Positions 24,420-37,172 of a stretch of DNA of 64,000 nucleotides are shown piece after piece. Made by a program: the position numbers and the translations under genes. Positions within the stretch are counted from its first letter, which is position 1; each line of letters starts with the position of its first letter. The notes under the pieces are model-generated. The model saw only the letters and a program-made list of their open reading frames with translations. It searched no databases and was not told the origin of the DNA. The stretch spans positions 5,952,001 through 6,016,000 of the forward strand of contig OU015567.1 of NCBI GenBank assembly GCA_907165135.1, read 5' to 3'. Source of the stretch: Oikopleura dioica. Lineage: Eukaryota; Animalia; Chordata.

Positions 24420-26784
24420 ATGTGGGCTCGTCACCTGCTTTTGCTAGCAGGGCTCACAGAAATCCAGGGATTCTACGTCCCTGGAGTCGCCCCGATCGAT
24501 TTCAAGCGCTCCGAACGGGTGGAAATCCGCGCTGTAAAGATGACATCGTCGAAGACTCAGTTGCCGTACGAATACTACTCATTGCCGTTTTGCCAGCCCA
24601 GCGAGGGTGTCAACTACCAGTCGCTTAATCTTGGCGAAGTTCTCAGAGGAGACAGGTGCGTATTCCAGCGCTAGAATGATTTAAAATGGCCTCTAGAATC
24701 GTGAATACAGCGTACGACGTGAAGATGGACGAAAAAGTGAACTGCAAAGTAATGTGCACTTCGGAATTGAAAGAAGGTGACGCAGAAAAGATCATTCAAA
24801 GAGTCAGCGAAGACTATTTTGTTCATCTCCTTGCCGACAACTTGCCTGCTGCGACCAGATGGGAACTAGATGATGATCTTGTCCAGGTACTTTTTCCACT
24901 ACTTGTCGACCTTTTCAATCCATTTTCTTCAAGTACGAGCATGGTTACAAACTTGGCCTTTTGGACAACGATGGAAACACCTACATCAACAACCATCTCA
25001 TCATCAACCTCAAATACAGCCGGCTCGAGGACGACGGTGACTCCCCTCTTTACAGAATCGTTGGATTCGATGTCCTCCCTCACTCAGTTCTCGAAATGAC
25101 AGGTGAAATCATCAAGACCGACTCACTTTTTAGACCTTCTTTTAGAAACGGACGGAGAATGCAACTTACCAGATAACGATGCTCGATTCAAAGTTACCAA
25201 GGACACCAAACAGGTTAGAATCTACCATTTATTTTTCTGTATCTGATAACTTTCAGATCACCTTCTCTTATTCCGTAAAATGGGAAGCGTCGGATATTCG
25301 ATGGGCCTCTCGCTGGGACAGTTATTTGGGAATGGGAGACGTTCAAATTCACTGGTTCTCCATTGTCAACTCGATTGTTGTTGTTCTCTTTTTGTCGGGC
25401 ATTTTGACCATGATCATTATTCGCACGCTCAGGTCAGTGAAGCGCAAAGGGGACAGCTTTTAGATCTTTTTAGACGAGATATCGCGGCGTACAACCGAGA
25501 AGATTTGGAGGAAGAACTCGATGAAGCGATTGAAGAAACTGGCTGGAAACTCGTCCATGGAGATGTTTTCCGAGCGCCTGAGTATCCAGGGCTCTTGTGC
25601 AGCCTTCTTGGATCGGGAGTGCAGATCTTTTGCATGCTTCTGGTAAGATAAGGCCGCTCCTTCTTGAGCTATTAAGCCGTTTAGATCACGATTCTTATCG
25701 CCATGTTCGGAATGCTCTCTCCCTCCTCTCGCGGCGCTCTCGTCTCCGCTGGGTTCGCCATGTTCATGCTGATGGGATACCCCTGTGGCTACTTCGCTGG
25801 GCGCTTGTTCAAGACTATCGATGGCAAGTCGGATTGGAAAGCGTCCGCTTTTCAAACCGCTGTTCTTTATCCTGGAATCGTTTTTGGAATCAGTTTCATT
25901 TTGAACTTTTTCATTTGGGGCAAAAAGTCGTCTGGGGCAGTGCCGTTTACGACGATGCTTGCGATTTTGTTCCTTTGGTTTGGTCTTTCTGTCCCTTCTG
26001 GTGAGTCTACCAGACATGACACATTTTGACCATGCTTTTAGTCTTCCTGGGCTACTTCCAAGGCACAAAAAAGCCCGCTTACGAGCACCCAGTTCGCACT
26101 AACCAAATCCAGCGCCAAATTCCAGAGCAACAGTGGTTCATGAACTCGCTTGTTTCGATGCTCATGGCCGGTATTCTGCCCTTTGGCGCGGTCTTCATTG
26201 AACTGTTCTTCATCTTTACTGCTATTTGGGAGAATGAATTCTATTACTTGTTTGGCTTCCTGTTCCTGGTGTTTGTTATTTTGGTCATTGCCTGTAGCCA
26301 GATTTCGATTGTCATGACTTACTTCCAGGTAAGAACTACAAATTCATATTGTAGACGAGGAAATCAGGTGTTTTGATTGGTGAAGGGCCTTTTTTGGGCA
26401 TTTTGATCGGCCAGAAAGTAATTCTCGAAGAAACTGCGTTACGAGCCAATAAAAATGCTCAAAAACGACCTCTAGCCAATCAGAAAGCTAGATTTTAATA
26501 AAATCATTCATTTTCTAATTTTGCCATTTTAGCTTTGCGCCGAGGACTATCACTGGTGGTGGCGGTGCTTTTTCGTTTCCGGCGGAAGTGCCCTCTACGT
26601 CTTTGCCTATTCAATTTTCTACTTCGTCACTAAACTGGAAATCACCCAGTTCATCCCCACCCTTCTGTATTTTGGTTACACTGGCATCATCGTATTCTCT
26701 TTCTGGATTTTGACGGGCACCATCGGTTTTTACGCTTCATATGCTTTCATCAAAGTAATCTACGCTCAGATCAAAATCGATTGA
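24420..26784 (+). CDS. TM9SF4: Transmembrane 9 superfamily member 4 (multi-exon)
   Basis: [74 protein letters not shown]-terminal IKID*. Confidence 0.95.
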
Positions 26785-27204
26785 AACGCCCAAAATCCCA
26801 AAATAGAGTACAAATATTTTTGAATTTTAAAATATTAATATTTTCAACTTTTTGTTCTGTGCCTTTTGGGAGCAATTCCCACTTCTCTGTGCCTTCCCTG
26901 CCACTACTCATTTCATATAACATCCTATCTATCCTTTTCTTCCTTTTATTCAAGTATTATATATTTGTATATTGTTATTGCCCCTAATATTTCATTTTCT
27001 GTAATTTTCAAATATCCCTCCTATCTCTTATATCCTCCCCTCATACTCGAAATGCAATCAGTTCCACTTTTCTATATTTTCTGTAAGTGTTTTCTTCATT
27101 ACCTGAAATACCATTTTAGTTCCTTCTGAATCTTTATCTATTCAAATAAATTTAGACTTCTACTTTTTCAACTTCTATTTTTTCATTTTCAGAAACGAGC
27201 AAAA

Positions 27205-30200
27205 ATGACAGTAATCGAATCGGAGGCTCATCAAAGACGGAGGGAAATTGCCGCTTCTTTAGCAAAAGTAAATAACAGTTACAGTTACAGTAAGCCCTTC
27301 CTGAATCGAGCTCGTAGATCTTTTCTAGAGGAGATTTTTCTTTCAGATTCTGAATTCAGAAGCTGGAGTTTTTCCTCGCTGCGAAAGTGCATTTGCCCTC
27401 GATTTTCCGCTAATTTTGGCGACCAGCTAATTTCAGTTGTCAAGTTTAATTCTTTCGCAAAGAGCCAATTTTTGTAACTTTCGCGCATTCTAGCGTCGGA
27501 TAAGATGCCATAAGCTTCGTTGATTTTTCTCATCTGATCCATTCGATTTCGGTTCTCCTCGTTGTCTCCATCATTTTTATCAGGGTGATGGATTCGGGCG
27601 AGGCGGCGGTATTCGGCTTGAATTTGCTCTTTGCTCGCGACTGGGCTCGGAAACCTGTATTAAAACCTGAGTCAGGGTCGCGGCTTTTCAAAACAGCTGT
27701 TTTCAGTACCCTGACTCAGGTTTCCACACAGGGTTTCCGAGCCCAAGCTGGCGGATTTCGGGCAATTTAATATTTCAAAATAATCAAGTTGTTCTGAATC
27801 TGATTTCTCCATTTTCAATTTGACGGTCGTAATTTTTAATTTATTGCTTCAGGAAGAAGCGACCCTCAAGGCGATCGAAGAGTCATTGGTCGCAGCTGAT
27901 GAGATGACAAAATCGATGGAGAGCATTCTTTCCAACTTTGGCAGCCGACTTGGCAAGCTTGAAAACGCCGTTGTTCCAATTCACCGACAGACGAAAGATC
28001 TCCAACGACTGCAAGACAACACGGAAAACGTCCTTGCCGCGATTGACAAAGTAGTGGGCTACCATCACGTGGCAAAGCGACAACGCGACGTCGTCGGCAA
28101 AGGCGTCCAGGAAAGCCTGACGAAGTATTTGGAATCGTTGGCGGATGTGCAAATGGCAGTCGATTTCTTCGCCAAAAACAACCCAGATTCGCCGGAGCTC
28201 AATCACGTGCGCGCCTTGTTCGACAAAGGAAAAGACAAAATCGACGAGTTTTTCCAGCAGCAAGTCAGGCAATCCTCAAAAGTGCCTTCGCCCGAAACAA
28301 TCTTTGAATTCCTTGGAACTCAGAGCGAAGGTCCCCTTGGCCCTAGAATCGCTTCGTCAGAAGGGCCGAAGCCAGTGCCAATTGCGGAGTTTGAACCTTC
28401 TGTTACGGCGGATTTGGTCAAGGCGGCAAATTGGATGGTCAACGAGGCGAAGTACGAAACATTCGTCCTTCATTTCGGCCAAATCAGAGGCAATATCCTC
28501 CATCAAGCGCTTTCGCAGTACAAAGAGTTCATCCGGGTCAATGGCTCGGGCTCCATCAATTCGAAAGGACGAACGCTTACTGGAAGAAAGTCTCTGACCA
28601 GAAAGCAAAGGTAATGGTTGCATACAAAGATTAATTGTATGCTTTTTGATTGTTATTTTTACCCATAAAAATGAATGTATAAGTTCCATTCTGATTCGAA
28701 ATCAACAAGCTTCGAAAAGGTAAAAACGGAGCTCGCTACAAGCACTACAGTAGGTGAAGTAGTACAGTATTTTGGTGCAAAATTTGGAAGCTGGTGGAGG
28801 AACTATGTGGTGTTCATCTATTAAATTTCCTTTTCAAACTTGATTCTGAATCAACCCTAATTTAATATTTTATTACAGGCGCGACCGTGGAGGAGGTAAA
28901 TATTTTAACCCACTTCTGGTGAATTGTCATCACAACTTGTTTAATCAAAACAATCGCATATAAATGTATTCAAATCATATAAAAATTAACCCTGAATACT
29001 CAACTTGACCATCTGATTGTTTTCTTTTAACGCTCTGTAGCTCATAATCTGTATATAAAGATCTATATATCGATCAGAAATGTAGTAGTATCACCTTGTA
29101 TAGAAGTAGATTGAGCTTTGTAAATATTCATTTTGAATATGATATTCAGCTCGAGGCGACGACGACTCAATCGATAGTGAAATCGAACCCTTTGCTCAAA
29201 CCATTTTTGCTTTTACCCGCCTTGCCGAAAAAGAGGTCACATTGCTGAAGACGATTCTACCAGAGCATTCCTACAAGAAAGTTTTCGATTTGATAGGTAA
29301 GTTGGTGCAAAAAATTTTTTTCAAAACTCCTTTTGAAAATGAAGTTCTGTTCGAATTAACTCTCAAAACTAGTGAACGTTCCTTTGGACAGCATTGGGCA
29401 GGACTCGAAACGCTTCGTGCAGCACGTCAAAGAATGTCAAGTGAAGAAAGACTATCCGGGAATTTTGGCCGTGTTCCCAACCGTCCAAATGCTCAAAAAA
29501 GAACAGCCGGAGATCCACAAGAAAGCGTTGAAATACTGCAACGACGAGAATCGCCACATGTTCGGAAAGCTGATTCGCGACATTGAAATGGCAGGCGCAA
29601 ATGCACTTGACGCGTTTGTCGATGGGATCAAGTCGGATTCCAAGAAGACGGACGAGAACTTGCCGAGAGATGGCACTGTTCACCAAATGACTTCAGACGC
29701 GCTTTTGTTCATCGAACAATTGCAGAGCTTCCCAGAAGTGGCAGGTGGAATGATTGCCACTAAGAAAAGCGATGGAAGTGCCTCCGCTGCTCAAGGTAAG
29801 ATTTTTTATGAAAAACTCTGGATTTTTTCTACGAATCTTCTATGTCTTCATTTTTGTTTTCAGCAAAACGCGCCTTTGGCGAGTACATTTCAAAATGCTG
29901 TTCTGCCATCGTCGCGTCTCTAGAACTAAGAGCGCGAAATTACGAAGATCCAGCTCTGAAAGGCCTCTTTTTGATGAACAACTTCAACTTTTTGATCAAC
30001 CGACTGAGGAAGACAGAAGTTTACGGCATTGTCGAGCAGTTCGATAAAAGCATCATTTCTGGCTTCCAAAGCTCGATTGTTGACCACAAAAGTGCGTATG
30101 TAAATGGCTGGAGCAGAGTTGTCCAGCACTGTTCCATCGACGGCGTGGATTTATCCGACCATAAGGTACGGAAAAAAAAGTTGGGAAAATTCGTAAATAT

Positions 30201-30633
30201 GTTTTTGAAGCTCCGAGAGAGGGAGAAAAGCATCGTCAAGGATCGATTCAAAGGATTTAATGCAGAAATCGAAGACATTGTCACCAAGCATCAAAGGTAT
30301 AGATTCCACTGTTATCGATTAGTAGTAGCGTCTTCACGGGGGCGATTCTTCTTTTTTTTTGCATCTTGCGTCCATTGGTCAGTCGATTCATCCTCACAGA
30401 ATAACAAAAAGAGGAGCAGTTTCTTACATCGCTTATTAAGATGGTCCGTGCCCGACGATCGTCTTCGCGACCAGCTGAGAAACGAAGTCATCGAATACGT
30501 CCAGCCGCACTTCTCCGTCTTCCTCAAAACCTTCAAGTACAAGGAATTCACGACGAAAGTGAACAAATACATCAAATACACCGAGCAAACGCTGGAAGAC
30601 GAAATTCGCAAAATCTTCGACCGCGAAGCATGA
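27205..30633 (+). CDS. EXOC7: Exocyst complex component 7 (Exo70), multi-exon
   Basis: Exon 1 MTVIESEAHQRRREIAASLAK (27205-27267) splices to EEATL...SRLGKLENAVVPIHRQT. Also LPRDGTVHQMTSD, LFLMNNFNF, KDRFKGFN, FTTKVNKYIKY. Confidence 0.95.
27285..27812 (-). CDS. DNAJC12: J-domain co-chaperone, DNAJC12-like, nested antisense in EXOC7 intron 1 and interrupted by a MITE
   Basis: MEKSDSEQLDYFEILNCPKSA [MITE] ASKEQIQAEYRRLARIHHPDK...INEAYGILSDARMRESYKNW...QMHF...LRARFRKGLL*. HPD motif is present and the layout resembles DNAJC12. Confidence 0.75.
27641..27747. mobile_element. MITE family A, short (107 bp) copy inside the DNAJC12 coding sequence
   Basis: Arms ctgggctcggaaacc...cctgagtcaggg / ccctgactcagg...ggtttccgagcccaag. 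Degenerate TSD (minus strand tccgccag / tcgcgag). Confidence 0.9.
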
Positions 30634-30813
30634 AAAACCCAAACAAAACCTATTTTCTGTCAGCAATTTTTACCCAAAGTTACCGAAAACCATTCTATCC
30701 GTACTTCTTCTATCATTTCATTGTGCAATGAAAATTTCAATACGACATCATTCTACATTCTCCAATTCGATTTTTGTTCTTTCCTCCATGTTTTCAGTTT
30801 GGAATCAAGCAAA

Positions 30814-33800
30814 ATGGCAAGCTCTATTGGATCAAGCGTAAATAGCGACAACCAAGCACGAACCTCTGTCTCTGGCCTCAAATTCGGGCCAGATTGGATG
30901 CGCAACCCGCCGCAGCAACAAGAGTCGATTCCCCAGCGTCAATTTGCTTTAGCTCGGAATCGGTATGGGAGAGAAGAAATGCTCCAGGTCAATTTTTACT
31001 AGAACTCGGACAAGTTTTGTAAAACAAAATCATTCTAGATTTTTGATCAAATCAATACAAATAAATCTGAAATTGCTGCACCAGACGAATTGAGCCAGGT
31101 AAAAACGAGAATTGAACCCTGATCCCAGCTGTTATTTGAAGATGCCTGCGGACTTTCCAGAAATGGTTGAAAACTTTCAGCAACCAGTGGCGTATACTTC
31201 GCCAGCAAACGAGCGCCGTGTAGAGATGCCTCGTGACAACGCACAAGCGAACGCGATTGGAATCGGCAATGGGCCACGACAACAAGGAGGAGGCGCTGGT
31301 AGAGGAGTGCGCCAGTTCCCAAGCTCGAACAGGACTGGCACCGACTGGGGCCAGCCACGATCGCGCATTGGATCCAGCCGATCGGACTTGTCCGACAATT
31401 GGCGGGGCGACCGTGATCCAAAGGTAATTCTCTTCTATCCTCCTCTCCTAATCTTCCGTCAAGCCCGAGCCCAACGACAACGACGGGTGGAGCAAAGCGG
31501 GCCAACCTCGCTCCCAAGAGCCAAGCAAGGCTGTTTGGAAACGAAAAGGCGCGCAGCAGCAACAGCAGCAGCAAGCCTCGCGCGCTCCTGAATGGATGTT
31601 TGACTCGAATGACGGGGCGGGCGGCTTCGATGGATCGGGCAACTTCACCGAGGGCGACCTTCCTTCGTCCGGACATCCTGATGGCCAGCCCGACGCGCTC
31701 TCTGATGCGGCTTCTCGGCAATCCGCTGAAGAGCGAGGAGGAGGAGCTGGCCGTGCGGACTCTTTTGATCAGCCCGGAGCGGTAAAAAGAACTAGAAAAA
31801 AATTCAATTCTGATTCTTCTTTTAGAACAAGAAGAGCCCCTCACCTCCTGAGCCCGAGCCCTCTCGAATCGACGACAAGGCTCCTATTCTCCGAGCTCAA
31901 GAGTCTTACCAAGCGGCTCAAGCTTCTGAAGCTGCTGCTGATCCTCGCCGATCTGGTCCTCCTGGAATCACTCCGGCTGGCGAGGAGGCTTGGATCCAAG
32001 TTCCGACTATGCAATGGTTCTACAAGGATCCAAATGGCACTGTTCAAGGCCCCTTCCCGGCGGATGACATGTTCGAGTGGAATTCCATGGGTTACTTCAA
32101 GGATGACCTGCTCGTTCGGCGATCGATTGACCGGGAGTTTTCGACTTTGGGGAAGACGCTCGCTCGTTACGGAACCGATCCGTTCAAGGCAACGAAGCAT
32201 CCGCCAACACTGAAGCCTAAGGAGGTCCCTGTTTCTGCTCCTACCCCTCCTCAACAGCAAGCACCAGCAGCGGCAGCAGTTCCTCCTGCTTCGCAACAAC
32301 CGGTGGCTGCTCCCCTGCTGCTGCAGCGCCAATGGCCCAAGCCGGGCTGCAATCGATCGCTCCTGCTCCGCAACAGGATCCGATCCATCAAGTTATTTTC
32401 CTGATTAGAAGTCAGCCTCAGTATGCGGACATGTATCGCCAGTTTATGATACAGATTCAAAGTCTCGATCAATATAAGGTAACTTGTTATATGTGGCCTG
32501 GTCTTTGAACGGCTTTAATCCATTTTTCTAGCATTTACTCCAACCGCAACTGGAGCAGCTGGTCCTCCAGCACATGGCGGCCATGTTAAGACCGACCTTA
32601 GGAGCAATGGCTCCTCAACAAGTTCCGGCTCAACCGGCCTATGTTGACCCTGAAGCGGAAAGACGGCGCCTGCTGGAAGAAGAACAAGCGCGTAAAATCG
32701 AAGAGGAAAGGCTTCGCATTGAAAATGAAAAACGCGAGGCTCTTGAATTCGAGAACATGCTCAAGGCGCAGGAGGAAAAACTACGCGAAAGAGAGGGTAT
32801 GCTCACTTTTTCGAACTTTATCTTACTTCTTTTCAGAACAACTGAGGCAAAAAGAAATGTCATTCTTACAGCAGCAGGACTTCCTCAGGCGCCAGGAAGA
32901 GGAGCGATTGAAAGAAGAAGAGGCCCAACGAGCGGAGGAAGAAGCGAAAAGAAAAGCTCAAGAGGAAGAGGAGCGAAGGCAGCTCGAACTTCAGCGCCAG
33001 CAGGTACTCTCTGTGGTAGAGGATTTGAGTAATGATTTTTTAAGGAAGCAGAGGCTCAGCGCCAGAGGGAACTTGAGGAGCAAAGGAGATTGGAAGAAGA
33101 GCGTATTTTGGAGGTAAAATTTTCAACTAAAAGAAGCGACTTACAATCTCTTGTCTTTAGGAAAAGCGAGCCGCAGAGCAACGACTTCTTTTCGAGCAAC
33201 AAAAAGCTCAAGAACAAGCCAAAATTCTCCTCGACCGACAAAACGCTGAAAAAGCCCGAAAAGAAGAGGCAGAGAAGCGAAGAAAGAAGGAAGAGGAGAA
33301 GCGTCAGCAAGAAGCAAAGAAAGCTGCCGCTGAACGAAAGAAACTCGAGGCTGAGCAGCTCGCCAAGCGACAGGAGCAGATTCGAAAGGAGCAGGAACGC
33401 GCTGCTGAAAAGGCGGCGAAGAAAGAGGCGGAGAAGAAGGAGCGGGAGCGAAAAGCGGCCGAGGAAAAGGCCAGAAAAGCTCGAGAAGACGCCAAAAAGG
33501 TAGAGTCCTCTATTTCTTCAATTGACTCACTTTTTCTAGTGGAATGCTCCCGTTACCCCCGTCACTTCCGTCCCCAGCTTCAAGGATCTCCAAGCCAAGG
33601 ACGAGGAGGAACAAAAAATCGAAAAGAAGGCAAAGGAAATCGAAACCGCTCAGAAACGCGCTGCCGAGAAAGTCGTCGTTCAGAGCAAGGGACAGGTACA
33701 GTTTCCTTCCCATTTCTTTCTACTTTCTAATTCTAGAGCGGCTGGGCTGGCCTTGTCCGTGGCGGTACAAAAACCGCCCCTGTTCCCGTTTCACCCGTCG

Positions 33801-34559
33801 TCGCCCAAAAAATTACCTCAAAAGCTGGTCAACAGTCAGCCAAGAAGTCCGCAAGCAAGAACGGAACCAAAACGCCCAAGGTAAACATTCATTTCCTGGA
33901 TTTTTCTTTACTGATTGTTTTAGGCCAAGAATGATGATTTGGGATTCTGGGACACCGCAGTCACTGCCGTCTTGACTGAACCAACTGCCGTCAATAAGGT
34001 TATGTCAACCCCAAATAAGAAATCCGCGCAACAGAACGCTGACGAGGTAAGGACGGTTTGTTTGATGTTTATGAATCCTTATTTCTTTGAAGGCTAATGC
34101 TCGCAGCCAGTTTGAAAAGCTCACCCTCGTCGAAGATCCACTTTTGTCTTGGGCTCGAATTGAACTCGAAATTATCCCCAATTCAAATCAGGTAAAGCCC
34201 TAAACAAGTAAATGAATAAATCCTAATTTTTTCTTGAAGATCGACATCCCGACATTTGTCTCCTTCCTCCGTGAAGTCGAACACGACTACGAGGTAGAAG
34301 ACTACTCCCGACAATACTTTGGAAATGGCAAAGAAGTTCTTAACTTTGCCCACAAATTTATGGAGAAGCGCAAGCAGATCCGCAACGAAGGAACAGCGAG
34401 CAAAAAGAGCAATCGAAAGAAAAAGAATAAAAACAAAGCCACTGCCGATCTTCTAGGTACCCAACTGCAATCAAATCGACGGTAACGAGTAATTTAGGCT
34501 TCACACCCGCTGCCGGAGACCAACGAAACCGAGAAGGACAACTCGAAGGTCGCTTTTAA
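30814..34559 (+). CDS. GIGYF2: GRB10-interacting GYF protein (GIGYF1/2-like), multi-exon
   Basis: LKFGPDWMR, 4EHP-binding-like RYGREEML, PEW motif, GYF domain WFYKDPNGTVQGPF...EWNSMGYF, E/R/K coiled coil, IDIPTFVSFLREVE. Confidence 0.88.
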
Positions 34560-35103
34560 AAGTTTGAAAAACAGAAAAAATGGTGTGAAGCTACTTATTT
34601 ATGAAACTTCTTCAGAACTGTATGAAACATACAAAAAATCTCAAAATATCGACTACTCTTATGAAATAGTGATATTATCAACTTCTACCCAGTATTCTCG
34701 CCCCAGTATTCATAACCTGCGCAGTCATTTTATCAATTTACCACTCCGTTATCCCTTCTTTTTTTCGTAGGAAAATTCTAGAGGAGCATTTTATATGCCT
34801 AAACATGTATTTGCCGTTTTATAAAATCTCCTCTGAAAAACAGAATCTCCCATTTTTTTCATTTATGCTACATTTACTTTAATTTGGAAAAGTTTTCAAT
34901 ATTCAAGTTTTGAAGATTCAAAAAGTTTCATCGAAAATATCAAAGTTATTATTTGTTATTCCATATTTTGGCAACGCGAAACTCATTTTATTCCTTTTTC
35001 TTGCGAATAATTCTGTTTGTTTCGATTTCTAAAAATATATATTTGAGTTAAAATTAATCAGAAAAAAAGAAGAAACTGTTGTTTTCAGTCTGTTACTTAT
35101 GTT

Positions 35104-35890
35104 ATGACAGGTCATATCATTGAATTTACTGCATCGCATATGACAGCATTTCGAAGGGCTTTCTTGCAGGAAGTTGTTGATTATTTCGGACAGAATGGAG
35201 AGAATCTATTCTGGATTGACGCATCTGCGGAATTAGGTCGGGGTCGCCGTTTTTTGCCTGTTCTCTTCCTTGATTTCAACGAAAAATCCCTTCCCAAAGA
35301 CATGGAAAAAGCAGGCTCTGTGCGGGAAAGATTCCAATACAAGATACCAGAGGACTTTTATGAACTCGACCTAGCGCTGCAGGTTCTCATTCACAAGCTA
35401 GAAAAAGCATCAAAATTGAAAACTCCGAAAAAAGAGGGAAATTTCCCTCTGGTTCCGAAAAAATCGATCTTGATTGTTGACGGATTGAGCGAGCTTTACG
35501 CTACGTTTGAGTTGGAAGATGATCTCAAGGAGAAGATTTCAGGAGGGATTGTTAAATTGAGGTCAGTAGATTTGTGAAGAGAAAAAATGAATGTGCTTAT
35601 AGCAAAATGGGCGTGACAATTCTAGTCACAAGAGCGATCAATTTGGAGGGAAGGCATGATCATAAAATACCCTGCAAAGCAGGCTCAGTTATTCCTTTCG
35701 TAACTACAGTCATGGATTTATGATCATTTATCAATCAGAAATTAGCAAAAATTAGCATGAGGAAGGAAAATTCAAATCCTTGAAAGCAAGTTTTCACGAA
35801 TCATTCCCAGAAGAGATGAAAAAAGCATTTAGCAAGAAAGTCGAGAAAAGAGTTTCCTTTGGCGGAACTGAAAACAAGACAATACAATAA
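35104..35890 (+). CDS. Divergent RecA-fold protein (RAD51-paralog-like, no clear Walker A)
   Basis: HIIEFTA, LFWIDAS, Walker-B-like ILIVDGLSELY, next exon GVTILVT. Confidence 0.4.
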
Positions 35891-35952
35891 AAAAACTGCC
35901 ATGAAGAAATCGCCATTTTGAGCTTATTTACATTCATGCTTTCTTTTCGAGA

Positions 35953-37054
35953 ATGACCGAGGACAAGAAAATCCGTCGCTCAATTCGTTCGACGGCTGGT
36001 AATCGATATCAAGCGTTGCTGAGATCGGAAGAGAAGGATGAATTTTACGAGGGCCATTATGGCGGCTTCACGGAGGAAGAGGATGATAACGACTTCTCTG
36101 GTAAAGAAGAGGATTTGTTTTGAAGATATTCTTACATTTATTTCAAGGATCGAGCAGCTCGGACGAAAGTATCTCTGATTCCAGCTCTGACGACGACGAA
36201 AACGAGTCAGATGGAGAAGGCCAAAACGAGCCAGAAAAAGTAGAGCGCAAGAGAAAGAAAAACGTGTACAAAGACCCGGCGAAATCAACGAGGAAAAAGG
36301 CCGATAACGCGGGTTTCGCAGCGCCCAAGAAGCCAAAACTTTCCCACACGACCAGTGGCGAGCGCAAAAGCTCAAGAAAACACACTACTGAGCAGAGGTA
36401 CCTTTTAATCATAAAAACAACTTCAAACGAGAAAATAAGGCACGAACTGGAGCAAACAATAAAGACGCGAGAACTAGTCGAGAAGAAGAAGAAACCAAAG
36501 AAAGCGGAAACGCATTTGACTCAGGTACTGTGCTTACAGTAATCCACCCCCTAACATTCATCCAAGGAGCAAAAAATGGCCGAAGCGCTGAAAACAGAAG
36601 AGTACAACCTATCCCAACTGCATTTGTACCAAGAAATGGAAGCCTCCCGCAAAAACAAATCCAAAAGAAAGGTTTCTTCTCCAAACCTCTTATCTTCCCC
36701 TAACCCCTTTTTCTCTAGAAAGCGAAGAAGATAGAAGGCCCGAGCATCAAAATCACCTCCAGAACAATCCAAATCGAGAGCTCCAAGGACGATAAAAATG
36801 GCACGAATTCCAAAGAAGCGCACACCTTTGTCGAGTTTTCTGATAGAGCGAGTTTCGAGAAAACTTTCAACTACAAAAAACCTGTTCCAGCAAAAAGGGT
36901 ACGACCAAGTTTTCTCGAAAGAGACTTACAGTCAATTTAGGAGTACTGCGTAATCACGGGAAAGCTAGCTCGATACAGGACACGTGACGGAATTCCTTTC
37001 TTTGATTGCGCGTCGTATAAGCTGATCGAATCGCGGAGAGAAGCAAAAACTTAG
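35953..37054 (+). CDS. VPS72: Vacuolar protein sorting 72 / YL1 (H2A.Z chaperone), multi-exon
   Basis: RSTAGNRYQALL..EEKDEFYEGHYGGFTEEEDDNDF, LTQ-EQKMAEALKTEEYNL, YL1_C YCVITGKLARYR...GIPF. Confidence 0.9.
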
Positions 37055-37172
37055 ATTCAATTTTCTTTCTGTTTACTAATACTATAACTGCCATTTTCTA
37101 AATTTTCAAATTCAAGGATTTCAAATAAATTAGTCAACAGTCCTTTTTTCAGAAACAAATCTTCTCGAAAGA

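Noticed and set aside
31047-31844. 265-aa antisense ORF over GIGYF, and similar antisense ORFs over other genes
   Set aside because: Shadow ORFs of GC-richer coding sequence, with no independent features.
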